The notes under the pieces: generated by a model
Told to the model about the DNA's origin: nothing
The model's database searches: none
The model's input: the letters and a program-made list of their open reading frames with translations, nothing else
Shown here: positions 30,711 through 42,053 of the stretch, piece after piece
Layout: each line of letters opens with the position of its first letter
Numbering within the stretch: position 1 is the first letter of the stretch
From: Candidatus Heimdallarchaeota archaeon
GTDB taxonomy: Archaea > Asgardarchaeota > Wukongarchaeia > Wukongarchaeales > JBHIFL01
Direction of reading: 5' to 3'
Assembly: GCA_046761065.1 (NCBI GenBank)
Contig: JBHIFL010000020.1
Location: 1-52,853, forward strand
Length of the DNA: 52,853 bases
Translations under genes and position numbers: made by a program

Positions 30711-31170
30711 CTTATGGGAGGAGAGCATATTTTAAAGTGTTTTTTCGGAAGTTTGAATTACACAGAAAAGGAGCTGCTACCCTAAAAAAGGTAAGCCCTT
30801 CCAGAACTTCACTGACATTACCATTGAGATTTAAAAATGAATCTCGACTCCTTCTAAGGTTGGATTCCAAGTTATAAGGGTTTCGCCTAATTTATACGTC
30901 CTTATTGTGATTAAGACCCAATAAAAGTAAAAAATTAGCCATTTAGTTATTAAACATTGTAAGAAGACAATTAATGGTAATAAAAGACAGAAGCGAGAAT
31001 AATTTATACCGAACCATTCTGAACCTAGTCACATCCCATCATTGCTGGGTTATGCCATCACGCTGTAATTATATGCCATCATTAACAAAATTGACTTAAT
31101 AAAAATTATTCATTACCAAACTCATTTGGCACCATTGCCTAATTGAACTGATATTTCCATCGGATATCAA

Positions 31171-34100
31171 TTAAACATATTCAGACAGACGCAACCGAGG
31201 AGTTATACAGAAGGATAATAGTTCTTGAGTCAGGAGCTTGAATGCATAGCTCATTGTCACTCGTGCAACACTTGACACGTCACCACAAATTGGACAATAG
31301 CTTTTATCTCTCTGCCGGTCATAAGTGGCGAGTAAGCCACATTTTTCGCATACTAGGACTTCGACTCGATCGGATTCATCAAGTAAGCGCTCTTTAAGGA
31401 GCAAGGAAGCTCCATGCCCAATCAAGCAATCGCGTTCCATTTCACCAAATCGTAAACCGCCTTCACGGGCTCGACCTTCGGTTGGTTGGCGTGTTAGGAT
31501 TTGGATTGGGCCCCGTGCACGAGCATGAAGTTTATCAACAACCATGTGATGGAGCTTTTGGATATAGGTCATCCCAATAAAGATTTGGGCTTCAAATTGT
31601 TTTCCTGTGATTCCATCATACATTACCGATTTACCATAAGGGTGGAATCCCAATTGTTTTAATTGTTCCAAGAGATTGGAGGAGTCTACGCCTTCGAAGA
31701 CAGTGCCATCAACTTCTTTACCAGTCATAGCACTCAGGATAGCAGCTATGCTCTCAAACATTTGGCCAATAGTCATCCGAGAAGGAAAGGCATGAGGATT
31801 GATTAAGATATCTGGAATAATCCCATCCTCTGTAAATGGCAAATCTTCTTGGGTGGCTATAAGGCCGACTATTCCTTTTTGGCCATGTCTTGAAGCAAAT
31901 TTGTCTCCAAGTTCAGGAATTCTGTGATCTCTCACTTTCACTTTTACAAGTTTGTTTCCTTCTGAAGTTTCACTTAATAGGACTGTATCAACAATACCCT
32001 TTTCACCATGCCGCATGTTCACGCTGGTTTCTCGCCGGATTGGTGAAACTCTCTCGAAATGCCGATATTCTTCCAAGAAACGTGGCGGACTAGTCCTTCC
32101 AATGAGAACTTCTTTGCTTTCAACTTCGATCTCAGGTTCGATAACCCCATCGGATTCGCTCAAGTGGCGGTAAGCCTCTGCAGCACGATAACCCCTCACA
32201 TCCTTCTTGGGAACTTCAAACCGATCTTCCTGTCCTCCAGGATATTTCTTTTCTTCTGCATCATAACACCGGAAAAAGGAAGAACGAGCCAAGCCGCGAT
32301 CAATACTTGCTTTATTAAGAATGAATGCATCATGAATGTTATACCCTTGAAAACTAAGAACTGCACAAACAAAATTTTGACCCGCAGGACGGCGCATGAA
32401 ACCGATAATATCTGTGGGACGGGTCTTCACCAACGGCGCTTGAGAGTAGTGCAATAGATGACCTCGGGTATCCACACGGAGTTTATAGTTTGAAGAATAA
32501 AGCCCTAATGCTTGTTTTGCCATTCCTGCTTCATATGTATTCCTTGGGCTTTGGTTATGCTCCGCATAAGGGATTAAAGATGCAGTAATTCCAAGAATGA
32601 CAGCAGGAGAAATTTCAAGATGTGTGTGTTCCTCAGTAATTTGTTCTGGATGAAGGGCAATATATGCTTCTTCTTCTTCTTCAGCGTCAAGATACTCCAC
32701 GAGACCTTGACGGACGAGATCGCTCCAATTCCACTCACCTTTTCTTATTTTCTCGACATGATTTGGTTGTACCAGAGGTTTACCATTTTCCACAATGATT
32801 AAAGGGCGTCTAACGCGCCCTGCATCACAATTGATTTGGATTTCCTTTGTTTCTGCATAATAGGCTATATTCACCTGATCTCTTAGCTCACCTTTTCTTC
32901 GAAGCCTTCGAATTCGTTTCCCCAAGTCTTCTGGGTCATGGTGTACTCCAACTAGACGTCCATTGAGAAAAACATGAACGAAATCATCTCCCATAGAGTT
33001 ATCAGAAATAGGGACAACACCTAATGAGGTATATAGTTTCTGTTCGACCTCTCGTTCATTGATCCCTACACTAATATAAGCAGTGAGAGCAAGATTCTTG
33101 ACCAATCCACAATTTGGACCCTCTGGTGTTTCGTTGGGACAGATTTTGCCCCAATGGGTCGGGTGTAAATCACGAGCCTCGAAGTGTGGCTGACTCCTAC
33201 TTAATGGACTCACTACTCGCCGTAAATGACTCAACATTGACATATAATTCGTTCGATCAAGTAGCTGGGATACTCCCGCCTTTCCTCCAACCCAATTTCC
33301 TGTTGCAAGTGCATGTCTCAAGCGTTCTGTAATTACATCTGCTCGGACAACCGTATTTAACGAGGGGATTTTTCCCTTGGATGCAGATCGCTCAATTTGG
33401 TATTTAATGTCACGGGTTAGATTTAAAAAAGCAACGCGGAAGAGGGACAACAAAAGATCGCCAGCTAGCTTCAATCGCTTGTTTGCATAATGATCCTTAT
33501 CATCAGGCCTTCGTTTGTCCTGTTCAAGATCGATCAACCGTCTTGCCATCTGAGCAAGATAAATCGCCTTGTCTTTTCTATTGGCAGCCTCACTTCCTAA
33601 ATGAGGTAAAAGGTAATTATCAAGAACTTGTTGTGCTCTTTGGATCCGATATTGCTTTGTTTGACCTACAGCAACACGCCGACCTATATAATCTAAAGCT
33701 TCCTCTTCATCCTTTAATTCTGATGCCTTTTCAAGAACTGGGATAAGATCCTGTACCATCTCAGGAGATTTTGCAATCATATTTGCGATTTTTTGGTCTG
33801 ATTCGACTCCAAGTGCCTTCAAGAGAATCCCGAGGGGAACTGCTCGAGGAACACTAGGAAACATCACGACGATATTGCTATCTTTCTGCCGTTCAACAAT
33901 AACTGGTGCCCTAAATCCTCGAATTGTACTAAAAACTTTTGCTTGACTTGTAGTCGATCCTGTTCTTCTGGTTTCGATTAGAATTCTGTTTGGTGCGAGA
34001 TCTTCTTGCGTTACAAGAACCCGTTCACTTCCATTAATGATGAAATATCCACCCGGGTCATCAGGATCCTCACCATGTGCGATAAGCTGCTCACGTGACA

Positions 34101-34500
34101 TCCTAGATAGGGGACACCTGTTGGACTTCAACATAATAGGCATGATCCCGGCAAATACTTTAATAGGCTCATCAGGATGCTCAACACCATCTTGAACATT
34201 AACAGGAATCATATGAAGGTATATAGGCGCTCCATAGGTCAGATTTCGAACCCGGGTCTCCATTGGAAATATAGATTTCTCAGATCCATCCGCTTCTTTG
34301 ACGGTTGGTTCACCTACTTCGATTTTGTCCAGTTTAACACAATAGTTCTCAATATCAGGATTTATCGTTCCAATGGCATCAACGATTGTCTGGAGCCCAG
34401 TCTCAATAAACACGTTAAAGCTATCAAGATGGAGTCGAACAAGCCCTAGTTCATTGAACATAGCATCTAGTAGATCCCAACGATCATCGACATTTATCAA
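31171..34500 (-). CDS. rpoB: DNA-directed RNA polymerase subunit B (Rpo2, unsplit)
   Basis: [58 protein letters not shown]-terminal zinc finger. Confidence 0.99.
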   Translation of the reverse strand: MINVDDRWDLLDAMFNELGLVRLHLDSFNVFIETGLQTIVDAIGTINPDIENYCVKLDKIEVGEPTVKEADGSEKSIFPMETRVRNLTYGAPIYLHMIPVNVQDGVEHPDEPIKVFAGIMPIMLKSNRCPLSRMSREQLIAHGEDPDDPGGYFIINGSERVLVTQEDLAPNRILIETRRTGSTTSQAKVFSTIRGFRAPVIVERQKDSNIVVMFPSVPRAVPLGILLKALGVESDQKIANMIAKSPEMVQDLIPVLEKASELKDEEEALDYIGRRVAVGQTKQYRIQRAQQVLDNYLLPHLGSEAANRKDKAIYLAQMARRLIDLEQDKRRPDDKDHYANKRLKLAGDLLLSLFRVAFLNLTRDIKYQIERSASKGKIPSLNTVVRADVITERLRHALATGNWVGGKAGVSQLLDRTNYMSMLSHLRRVVSPLSRSQPHFEARDLHPTHWGKICPNETPEGPNCGLVKNLALTAYISVGINEREVEQKLYTSLGVVPISDNSMGDDFVHVFLNGRLVGVHHDPEDLGKRIRRLRRKGELRDQVNIAYYAETKEIQINCDAGRVRRPLIIVENGKPLVQPNHVEKIRKGEWNWSDLVRQGLVEYLDAEEEEEAYIALHPEQITEEHTHLEISPAVILGITASLIPYAEHNQSPRNTYEAGMAKQALGLYSSNYKLRVDTRGHLLHYSQAPLVKTRPTDIIGFMRRPAGQNFVCAVLSFQGYNIHDAFILNKASIDRGLARSSFFRCYDAEEKKYPGGQEDRFEVPKKDVRGYRAAEAYRHLSESDGVIEPEIEVESKEVLIGRTSPPRFLEEYRHFERVSPIRRETSVNMRHGEKGIVDTVLLSETSEGNKLVKVKVRDHRIPELGDKFASRHGQKGIVGLIATQEDLPFTEDGIIPDILINPHAFPSRMTIGQMFESIAAILSAMTGKEVDGTVFEGVDSSNLLEQLKQLGFHPYGKSVMYDGITGKQFEAQIFIGMTYIQKLHHMVVDKLHARARGPIQILTRQPTEGRAREGGLRFGEMERDCLIGHGASLLLKERLLDESDRVEVLVCEKCGLLATYDRQRDKSYCPICGDVSSVARVTMSYAFKLLTQELLSFCITPRLRLSEYV

Positions 34501-35049
34501 AAGGTATCACCACAGCCATAAAAACATTTAAATATGCAAATCGCACTCAATCCCGGTGGAAGCACTCCTATATCAAAAGCATGCAAAAATTTGATCCCCA
34601 CTCACATTCTAATCAACTGAATTATCATTTAAAGTTCTTTGGTTGTGGTAAGTAAGCAAGAAACGTGTAATTTTTAGCAAAAGCTCTACAGACTCGTATA
34701 TATCCCATACCGAAAAATCGGAGCATAATATTAAAGTTCACTTTAAAAATTAATGATTTCATCAAATTAGATTAGATGATCATAGTGATATTTCATTTTT
34801 GTGGATTAGCTTGTGTTGGTTAAAAAATTATGAGGTTAGAGTCCTTTTTTGCTCATATTCCAAGAAGACGCATCATAACCATTGACACATTGAAGAAGTC
34901 TATTCTCTATTAAACTCTCTAAATACATTTATCATGGAATTTATACTGTAATAAGGTACTGTTAATTTTTTTTGAAATGTCATTTCTCCTTTCTCTTCCG
35001 TTTATCGCCCCTCTTACTAGCTCCATCGCAAGACCCATTCCCAATCTTC

Positions 35050-35838
35050 TATTGTTCCACTCCAACAGTCTCCTTCAGAAGGATTTCCTCTCAAACTCTT
35101 ATAAGGACGGAGATAATTATAATTAAAGTTGAATATGTCCAGGAATTTTTGTGTCCGTTTTGGAGATTTAAATCCTCTCATCAAATGGTACCAGGTTTAA
35201 ACGTGGAAAAAAACCATTTGATTTCATTTATTGAGGGGTGGTCCTGAAAGCAGACATAGCACTTGTAGTACGTAGTGATTATACCCGACAAATCGTTTGG
35301 AGATACAAAGCCAACCGATCGGACACAATCGTACAATGTTTCACTGAAATCTCCTTTTTACCACTTTCACGATCTTAATAACGGCTTTCCGCGTACAACG
35401 CGGCATCATTCGGAATGATAAGAGCGTCTGCAGCCATTCGCTTAAAAGGGCGAAAACAAAGTGCTGTCGGCCTCCTAACTTGGCGAACGTCTCATCGAGA
35501 TGCCAAGTTTCAGAGACTGGTAATTTTAAGCCTCTTTGAAATCCCTGCGTTTTTTCCAGAAGAAATAAAGCCAATTTCTAATATTAAAATAAGATTTGAA
35601 GTGTAAAGAGGTTTTATGGGAGTTCCGCGACTTTACGCGACAATAGCCCATAATGACCATAACATTTAACGGTTAAACCGATAATACGCATAGAATGGCA
35701 ATGATGAAGGAAATATTGGTTCATTGTGCGAGTAAAGAGTTTTCCACATCGGATGCACTTAAAACATTTGAGTTTGACTTGACAGGTGTACCATCCATAG
35801 CGATGGTACTATTTGGAAGATCAGTAGGGACATATCAT
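35050..35838 (-). mobile_element. IS6-family transposase pseudogene (Zn-ribbon, HTH, DDE)
   Basis: Fragments MICPY*...FKCIRCGKLF, LSRKVAEL, WHLDETFAKLGGRQHFVF, TIVSD, LMRGFKS...NYNYLRPYKSL with stops and frameshifts; ends approximate. Confidence 0.8.
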
Positions 35839-35947
35839 TGTTGTTCAAGCAATGTCCCGCTCTTCCAATACAAGAAGGTTTTTTCATCGGCAGCTCGCAC
35901 CATCAAAAACATAACAAAACCGTGAAAAAGATATTTTGTTAGTTAAA

Positions 35948-37729
35948 CTATACATTTACTTCATATTCAGGTTCATACTCTTCAATAATTCCTTCCCCCT
36001 TTGCTATATAGGTAATTGTTATTGTATCATCAGGTCGTATTTTGTCTATGAGCCAAGAGATTTTAGATCCATCCTCATCTTCACTTTTTATAGGCCTAAG
36101 AAAAGTTGGCTCAAATTGTATAATTTGAAAGCCGATAGGAAGCTTATCATGAATTGTAATGCCTTTGATTTCAATTTCTCCTTCGTTTCTTATTTCAAGA
36201 TCAATCTGATATTCATCAACTTCTATAGGGATCACTGATTTGGTACAAATTAATTTTCGACGGACATGTCTTACATGAATGATACTTAATCCAGTATAAT
36301 GAGCTTCAAGGCCAAGAGGATATCCATTCAAGAATATTTCATATCCTGCTTCATATTCCCCAGGGCGGGGAGCTAATGCAATCAATGGATACCTTAAGAG
36401 TACTTCCCCCCCAGACTCTATTTTCCCAGTGATTTTTTGTAAATCATTAATCTCTAAAACCAGTCGATGGACTTTTGAGGGATCTCTGTCTTCCGGAATT
36501 AAACTTGACTTATCAGGGCTTATTTCGATATCTTTGGCAATGAATTTGGCTTCAAAGAGAGGAGGAGGTCTGAATCGCTTAGGGATAGTATCTTTGATTT
36601 TTATTTGATTAAGATGTGATGAACCTATATTTCGAAGTAATATGGAGACCTCCAAAGGCGTTTCCACAAGACCAAAAACATCTCGAGGACTATATGATTT
36701 GAAGATTTCAGCAGCAATTACTGGCAGAAGTGTCCCTTTCTTTGTTATAGTACCTCGAAATGATTTTTTCAGTTCAAAAACAACTCTTGAGGTTATTGTG
36801 CTTTTAAGAACCGGAACATCCATACTATGAATTTCAAAATTATAAGACCAATCACTTAATGGATCTACCATCACTTTAGGCTGCTTTACAATGTGAAATT
36901 CTCCCACATTATCAGTTATTTTCAGATTTTCAATATACATTGTGAGATTGCTTTTATTATGAAATTCAAGTGAACAATTCCATAATCCATGTTTTTGCTC
37001 TGATTCGTCCTTACGAATCTCAATTATTTTCTTTGATGTGCTTGTTAAGTCTATAATAAGATTAGTCTTCGCATAATTCTTAATTTCATATTGAATTTCG
37101 ATCTCTCCTGCATCATAGGGAGTTTTTTGGCTTGCTTCGATCTCCGAATATAAATGCAATTCAGCTGTCGAGTTAGGAGCCAGGGTTTGTAATGTCCAAG
37201 ACATCAGTGATTGCTTTCGATCAAATTTAGCCAATCCCATAGAGATTTTCTTTTGAATAGGTTCTGAAAAGTCCTCAGGGATTCTCTTATGCAGTGAAAT
37301 GTTTGAAATATCCATTTCTGATGTATTATTAAGAAGGATCCTGAACATTACTCCTGTTTTTCTCTGAATTGGAAGAGATAAATTTAGCTCCTTGGGGATT
37401 TTATCATCCTGATAATTTGTGTCGATCTCTTCCCTTATTTCGAGTATAGAAGGAGGTGAAATCCTCTCGAAATTATGACACCAAACCCTTTTATCTGGAA
37501 TAAGACCTACCAAGAATTTTTCACAGAGATCGCCATCTAATGAGAGTTCTGTATTCCAAATTGGTGATTTGGAGGGATTTACAATCTTCACCATACCCTT
37601 TAATGCTGTTGACAAGAGTGAGTTATCTCCATCTAATGTGCAAGTCTCATTTTCCAATACTTCAATGATTAATTTGTCGTATTGAGGAACTTCAACTACT
37701 TCTAGTTCTTTTTTTGCCATGATAAGCAC
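35948..37729 (-). CDS. Cytoplasmic multi-beta-sandwich protein: mu-homology-domain-like N-terminus plus Ig/DUF11-like domains
   Basis: No signal peptide or TM. IIEVLENETCTLDGDNSLL...KGMVKI and G.AKFD....MSWTL...EIQYEI resemble the adaptin-mu C-terminal domain; later DTIP/DKLP...ISWLI..IRP..ITY segments are DUF11-like. Confidence 0.55.
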   Translation of the reverse strand: MLIMAKKELEVVEVPQYDKLIIEVLENETCTLDGDNSLLSTALKGMVKIVNPSKSPIWNTELSLDGDLCEKFLVGLIPDKRVWCHNFERISPPSILEIREEIDTNYQDDKIPKELNLSLPIQRKTGVMFRILLNNTSEMDISNISLHKRIPEDFSEPIQKKISMGLAKFDRKQSLMSWTLQTLAPNSTAELHLYSEIEASQKTPYDAGEIEIQYEIKNYAKTNLIIDLTSTSKKIIEIRKDESEQKHGLWNCSLEFHNKSNLTMYIENLKITDNVGEFHIVKQPKVMVDPLSDWSYNFEIHSMDVPVLKSTITSRVVFELKKSFRGTITKKGTLLPVIAAEIFKSYSPRDVFGLVETPLEVSILLRNIGSSHLNQIKIKDTIPKRFRPPPLFEAKFIAKDIEISPDKSSLIPEDRDPSKVHRLVLEINDLQKITGKIESGGEVLLRYPLIALAPRPGEYEAGYEIFLNGYPLGLEAHYTGLSIIHVRHVRRKLICTKSVIPIEVDEYQIDLEIRNEGEIEIKGITIHDKLPIGFQIIQFEPTFLRPIKSEDEDGSKISWLIDKIRPDDTITITYIAKGEGIIEEYEPEYEVNV

Positions 37730-38407
37730 CCCATAAAGATGGTTGCACTCTATAAGGAAACAATAGATGGATAACCTCTTTCTTACAAATAATTAACTAA
37801 TTACAATATCGAGAAAATATCTTCCTATTTTATTGAAGTATAATTTTTATAATAAACCATCAATAGTTATCGATCATCGGAAAAGTGAATATTTCATATT
37901 AGTACTTCATTCAATAATAAAAATAAGAATTTCGGAAAAATATAGTTTAAACTTCTTTCTGCGTAAATAATATCCAACATCGTATTATAATAAATAGAAG
38001 AAATTTAACAATGAGTTATTATTGAGTTAATTAATGACACAATCAATAAAAACCCCTAACATTCTTTATTATAAAGAATGAACCGCTTTCTCTTCGGAAA
38101 AACCTCCAAAAGAGAAACAAACCATAATATTTTAGTGTATTGACATGTATTTTGATTTAAATGGTTAAACCAAAATCCTCAAATACAAATTTTATTCCCC
38201 AGAAAATCCCTAATACGAGTAAAGTCCATAGTATTAAAAAACTTAACAAGAACTAGGAAACCATTTATTGAGCTATCCTACAATACATTATACAATTATC
38301 CAAAATACTTTGTACTAAATACATTTATAGGTAAATGATGAGAAATAGACAAATGCACTTGTAGATTGGAGATATGACTTAATTAAATAAATTAAGAAAT
38401 AAAATCT

Positions 38408-38554
38408 GGGCCCGTAGCTCAGCTAGGTAGAGCGCCGGGCTTTTATATTCATGCTTTATATGGATATTGGCATGAATGGAGAAACCCGTTGGGCGCGGGT
38501 TCAAAAAATCTCAAAGAATATCCTTTGGTTTGGGAAATCCCGTCGGGCCCGCCA
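38408..38554 (+). tRNA. tRNA-Lys(TTT) with two introns (37/38: 38446-38483; T-loop: ~38506-38537); CCA encoded
   Basis: GGGCCCG acceptor, CCGGG-CTTTTA|A-CCCGT anticodon arm, GCGGG-TTCAAA|T-CCCGT T arm; intron hairpin ATTCATGC/GCATGAAT. Confidence 0.92.
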
Positions 38555-38561
38555 TAAATGT

Positions 38562-38696
38562 GCCGTGGTGGTGTAGCACGGTCTAGCATCTGCGGCTGTC
38601 ACCCGCTGGACTTCATCTGAAAAGATAAAGGGCGAGACCCGGGTTCAAAAGGGTGTGAAAAAAATTCATACATTGGAATTCCCGGCCACGGCGCCA
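38562..38696 (+). tRNA. tRNA-Asp(GTC) with two non-canonical introns (45/46: 38610-38636; 59/60: 38650-38679); CCA encoded
   Basis: GCCGTGG/CCACGGC acceptor, CTGTCAC anticodon loop, BHB helices CGCT/GGCG and TTCA/TGGA. Confidence 0.92.
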
Positions 38697-39109
38697 TATC
38701 TTTCTTCCGAGGAATTGTATAAATAGAAAGGTTAAGAAAACAATTCTTTATAGCATAGAATTAAAGATAAAGATAACCTCTCATTTTAATACAGTGATTA
38801 TGTTCTTATATATTCATTATCTTTTTTTAGTTATTAAGGCGTTTCAACTAATGCAAACAAGAAGTTTGATTTTTATTAGAATTTAAGTTGATTTTTAAGT
38901 TCTTCTAAGGCTTAATTATAGACCTACGCCTTTGGAAATTTATCTAGGGATTTTTTCATTTAAAAATGCACCAGTAATTATAATGAAAAATGATACCATC
39001 ATAAATGAAAGGATTAGGGTGATAATATAAAGGTATTTCATTAAGAGATATTTACATTTTTCAATACTGTAAGTACCTATTATACCACAGAACTTGAGGA
39101 GGATTTTAT

Positions 39110-40819
39110 GTGGTCTTAGAATTCTTGCGACCAGTAAATTTGGAAATGTTTGTGGGTCGAGACGAAATAATAAACACTTTCAGAGAAACCATGCGAAATT
39201 ATAAGAAGAACTCCGTAGAGAAGAAGGGATGGGTTATTGTTGGCGACCCTGGGAGTGGAAGAACTTCAATGATAAATATCCTGGAACGAATCGTAAGAAC
39301 AGAAGGGTTAACTCCCATAAAATGGTCTGTCCCACTGGATTATGAGATGTGGGAGATCCCCAAATGGATTCTTGAAAGTCTAAAAGACCGTTTACCAATA
39401 AAAAAGAAAAAGATTTTTGAAAAGATCCCTTTCGACTATTTGACAAACCTAACTCCCGAAGATTCGTCATACCCAACAAAAATAAACACCATATGTGAGA
39501 AATTTGCCCTAATCAATGAAGAACTGGAAACGAAGCGAGAATACATCGTATTCCTGTTTGATGATGTTGAGCGCTTTTTCCTATTGGGTCAAGATAATCT
39601 ATTCTTCTTTATTCTAGATATTCTGACCAATTTTTCTGAAAGGGACTTTAAAACCTTCTTTGTTTTTTCCCTCACCACAGAATTTTGGCAGCAAATCCAA
39701 AATGATCTTAAAGATATTTCCATTATCATAGAACTTGACCGTCTAGATCTTAAGGAAGCAGAAATCCTTGTACAAAGGCGCGAGGACCCAACCTATCGTA
39801 TAGACCCTCAAGTGGTAAGGGAAATAACAAAACAGACAGATAGATCACCATTCTCCTTGGTTTATGCATTGACACTGCTTAAAGCAATGAAAGGAGAAGA
39901 TGAAGGTGAAATTAGTATTAAAATATGGGATCGAATTAGACCTCAATTGAGAGAAATCAATCTTAATGTATTAGGGATCAATGAAAGCGAATCCAATATA
40001 TTATCCTTATTTGAAGGGAGAACAGAGAATATTCTAAGAAAAAAAGAAATTGAAAGATTAATAGGCATTGAACGTCCCAAATTGAATTCCCTTTTGCGAG
40101 AAATGGAGGAGAAAGGGCTAATAGTCCAAGGGAAAAATTTTATCCAAATAGCCTCCAATGCTTTACATCAACTATTAAGGCAAAAACTGTTAACAAGAAA
40201 TATTTTAGCTATAATACATGCTTTATTCGATCAAGTGGAATTTGAACTAAATAACGAACTGAAACCGTCAATTCAGCTTATAGAACGAATTGAAATCCTC
40301 TCAAAATCCTTGGAAGAAGCAGAAACTTCGAGAAAATACTTATATGATCTCGGTTCACGAGCTGAACAACTTGCTAAACATGCGTTTTCTTTGGAATTCT
40401 GGTATGAAACTTATGCGATTGCTAGATTAGCTGTAAAATTCTTTTCAGATTTGGCTCATGATCCTGAACGAGCTGCAATTACAGCAGAAGATATGGGAAA
40501 AATCTTTTTTGATCAATCAAGAATGAAGAGTAGTCTATTACACTATGCTATCAAACTTTATACTTATGCCACTTATATGTATAAGAATGCGAAAATTGAC
40601 TGGAAAGTAAAAAGTAATGCCAGAGAAGCAGCTATTTTGCATGAACAACTTGGAGATTATTATAAAGAAAATAATATGTTTGGTATAGCTAGATCACAAT
40701 ATTATGAGGCAGCTCAACACTTTGAACTAGCTGAAGAGTCAAAAAAGCGAGAATCTGTTATCCAAAAGGGAAAAAATGTCTCAATGTCTCCTGAGCTTTC
40801 CATGGTATTTGAAAAGTAA
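39110..40819 (+). CDS. Orc1/STAND-like AAA+ protein with winged helix and C-terminal TPR/SNAP-like solenoid
   Basis: FVGRDE, Walker A GDPGSGRT (K to R), Walker B FLFDDVE, wHTH LLREMEEKGLI, helical repeats AAILHEQLGDYY...YYEAAQHF. Confidence 0.75.
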   Translation: MVLEFLRPVNLEMFVGRDEIINTFRETMRNYKKNSVEKKGWVIVGDPGSGRTSMINILERIVRTEGLTPIKWSVPLDYEMWEIPKWILESLKDRLPIKKKKIFEKIPFDYLTNLTPEDSSYPTKINTICEKFALINEELETKREYIVFLFDDVERFFLLGQDNLFFFILDILTNFSERDFKTFFVFSLTTEFWQQIQNDLKDISIIIELDRLDLKEAEILVQRREDPTYRIDPQVVREITKQTDRSPFSLVYALTLLKAMKGEDEGEISIKIWDRIRPQLREINLNVLGINESESNILSLFEGRTENILRKKEIERLIGIERPKLNSLLREMEEKGLIVQGKNFIQIASNALHQLLRQKLLTRNILAIIHALFDQVEFELNNELKPSIQLIERIEILSKSLEEAETSRKYLYDLGSRAEQLAKHAFSLEFWYETYAIARLAVKFFSDLAHDPERAAITAEDMGKIFFDQSRMKSSLLHYAIKLYTYATYMYKNAKIDWKVKSNAREAAILHEQLGDYYKENNMFGIARSQYYEAAQHFELAEESKKRESVIQKGKNVSMSPELSMVFEK

Positions 40820-40841
40820 AAAACAATTGAAAGGGACCAAA

Positions 40842-42053
40842 ATGTCGTTAAACCACAAAAAAATTAGTGAAATCGCAAACAAACTCCAAACAGAAAAGGA
40901 ATTTCTTGAAAAAGAGAAAAATGAAATAAAAACTGAGCTTAAGAACCTTAAGGACATACAAAAGACTATTCAGAATTCTTTTTCTCAAGGAATAGAAACA
41001 ATAGAAGCAGATACCATCAATATTTTGGAAAACATGAAAACATCCTTAATTCAATTCTCAAATAAACTAGCAAACGATCAAATAACCTTTATTAAAGACT
41101 TTAATACCCGTACATTGGAACAATTCGGACAAAAAGCAGATCAGATGAAAGAAAAGAGTCGTAATCAGATATTTAATCTTTCTAAGACGCTTCTATCAAC
41201 TGGAAATCAAATTGAGAGAAAATTAGAAACAATAGTTAAAAACCAGTTAAAAACTGTGAAAGGAGAAGCTGATCTGTTTATTGACAAATTGGATGAACAA
41301 ACACAAATCCAGCAAGAGAATATCACTGAGTTTGCAGACCAACTTAAGGAGAAGTTTCAACAAGAATTGATAAACGGTATTAATAACTCAATTACAAGTT
41401 TTGTGGGATTTCAAGATCAGTTCTCCGTAATTATCATGGATGCGATATCTCGCTTGAAAGCTGCAATGGGAGAGTTGCAGAACCAACTTGATACTCTAAT
41501 TTTGTCCGAGCTGAAAAGGATCGAAACTCTGACAACAACCTATGAAGATCAATTTCTTCAAACTATAAAGAAGACGTTGGATCAGCATGAAAACGAGATG
41601 GCATCTTTAAAAGAAAGCTTCAGACATGCCATAGGCGAGCATCAACGAGCTCTGGAAAATAGACTGTCAGTGTTGACGAATGAAACAGTAGCTAATACTA
41701 AAGACACCATAGAAGCGGCGCAGAACAACCTTGTTCAAACAAATAACATGGAGATTGAAGCAATCGATCAAATGATAAAGGAAATTGAAGCTGTTATTTC
41801 TCAATATGTAGAAAAAGGCGTTGAAACGATTAATCAACAGATAAAAAATGATAAACCACTCCTAGAAACATTCACGGAAAATCGAGCTGTCTTTGCCAAC
41901 CAAGTTGAAGAAATAAAGAAAGGTATTGACATCAAAGAACTAACTACAGGAATAAGTGAAGGAATGCAAATGAGAGAACGCCGAATTAAGAATATGGAAA
42001 ATATCCTAAAAGATCTAGAGAAGATCCTAAAAGAATTGAAAAGGGGAGTTTGA
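40842..42053 (+). CDS. All-coiled-coil protein (~403 aa; probable start ATG 40842)
   Basis: Nearly proline-free amphipathic helix with apparent 11-residue periodicity; AAGGGA SD before 40842; stop overlaps the next start (TTGA). Confidence 0.75.
   Translation: MSLNHKKISEIANKLQTEKEFLEKEKNEIKTELKNLKDIQKTIQNSFSQGIETIEADTINILENMKTSLIQFSNKLANDQITFIKDFNTRTLEQFGQKADQMKEKSRNQIFNLSKTLLSTGNQIERKLETIVKNQLKTVKGEADLFIDKLDEQTQIQQENITEFADQLKEKFQQELINGINNSITSFVGFQDQFSVIIMDAISRLKAAMGELQNQLDTLILSELKRIETLTTTYEDQFLQTIKKTLDQHENEMASLKESFRHAIGEHQRALENRLSVLTNETVANTKDTIEAAQNNLVQTNNMEIEAIDQMIKEIEAVISQYVEKGVETINQQIKNDKPLLETFTENRAVFANQVEEIKKGIDIKELTTGISEGMQMRERRIKNMENILKDLEKILKELKRGV

Noticed and set aside
31051-31083. 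TATGCCATCA repeated twice downstream of rpoB
   Set aside because: Two 10-mers only; no array or actin N-terminal remnant supportable
34972-35925. Plus-strand ORFs 34972-35247, 35415-35606 and 35695-35925
   Set aside because: Antisense to the IS6 transposase remnant
37730-39109. Long AT-rich spacers around the tRNAs as a replication origin beside an Orc1-like AAA+
   Set aside because: No ORB-type repeats seen, and the AAA+ protein is not a canonical Orc1/Cdc6
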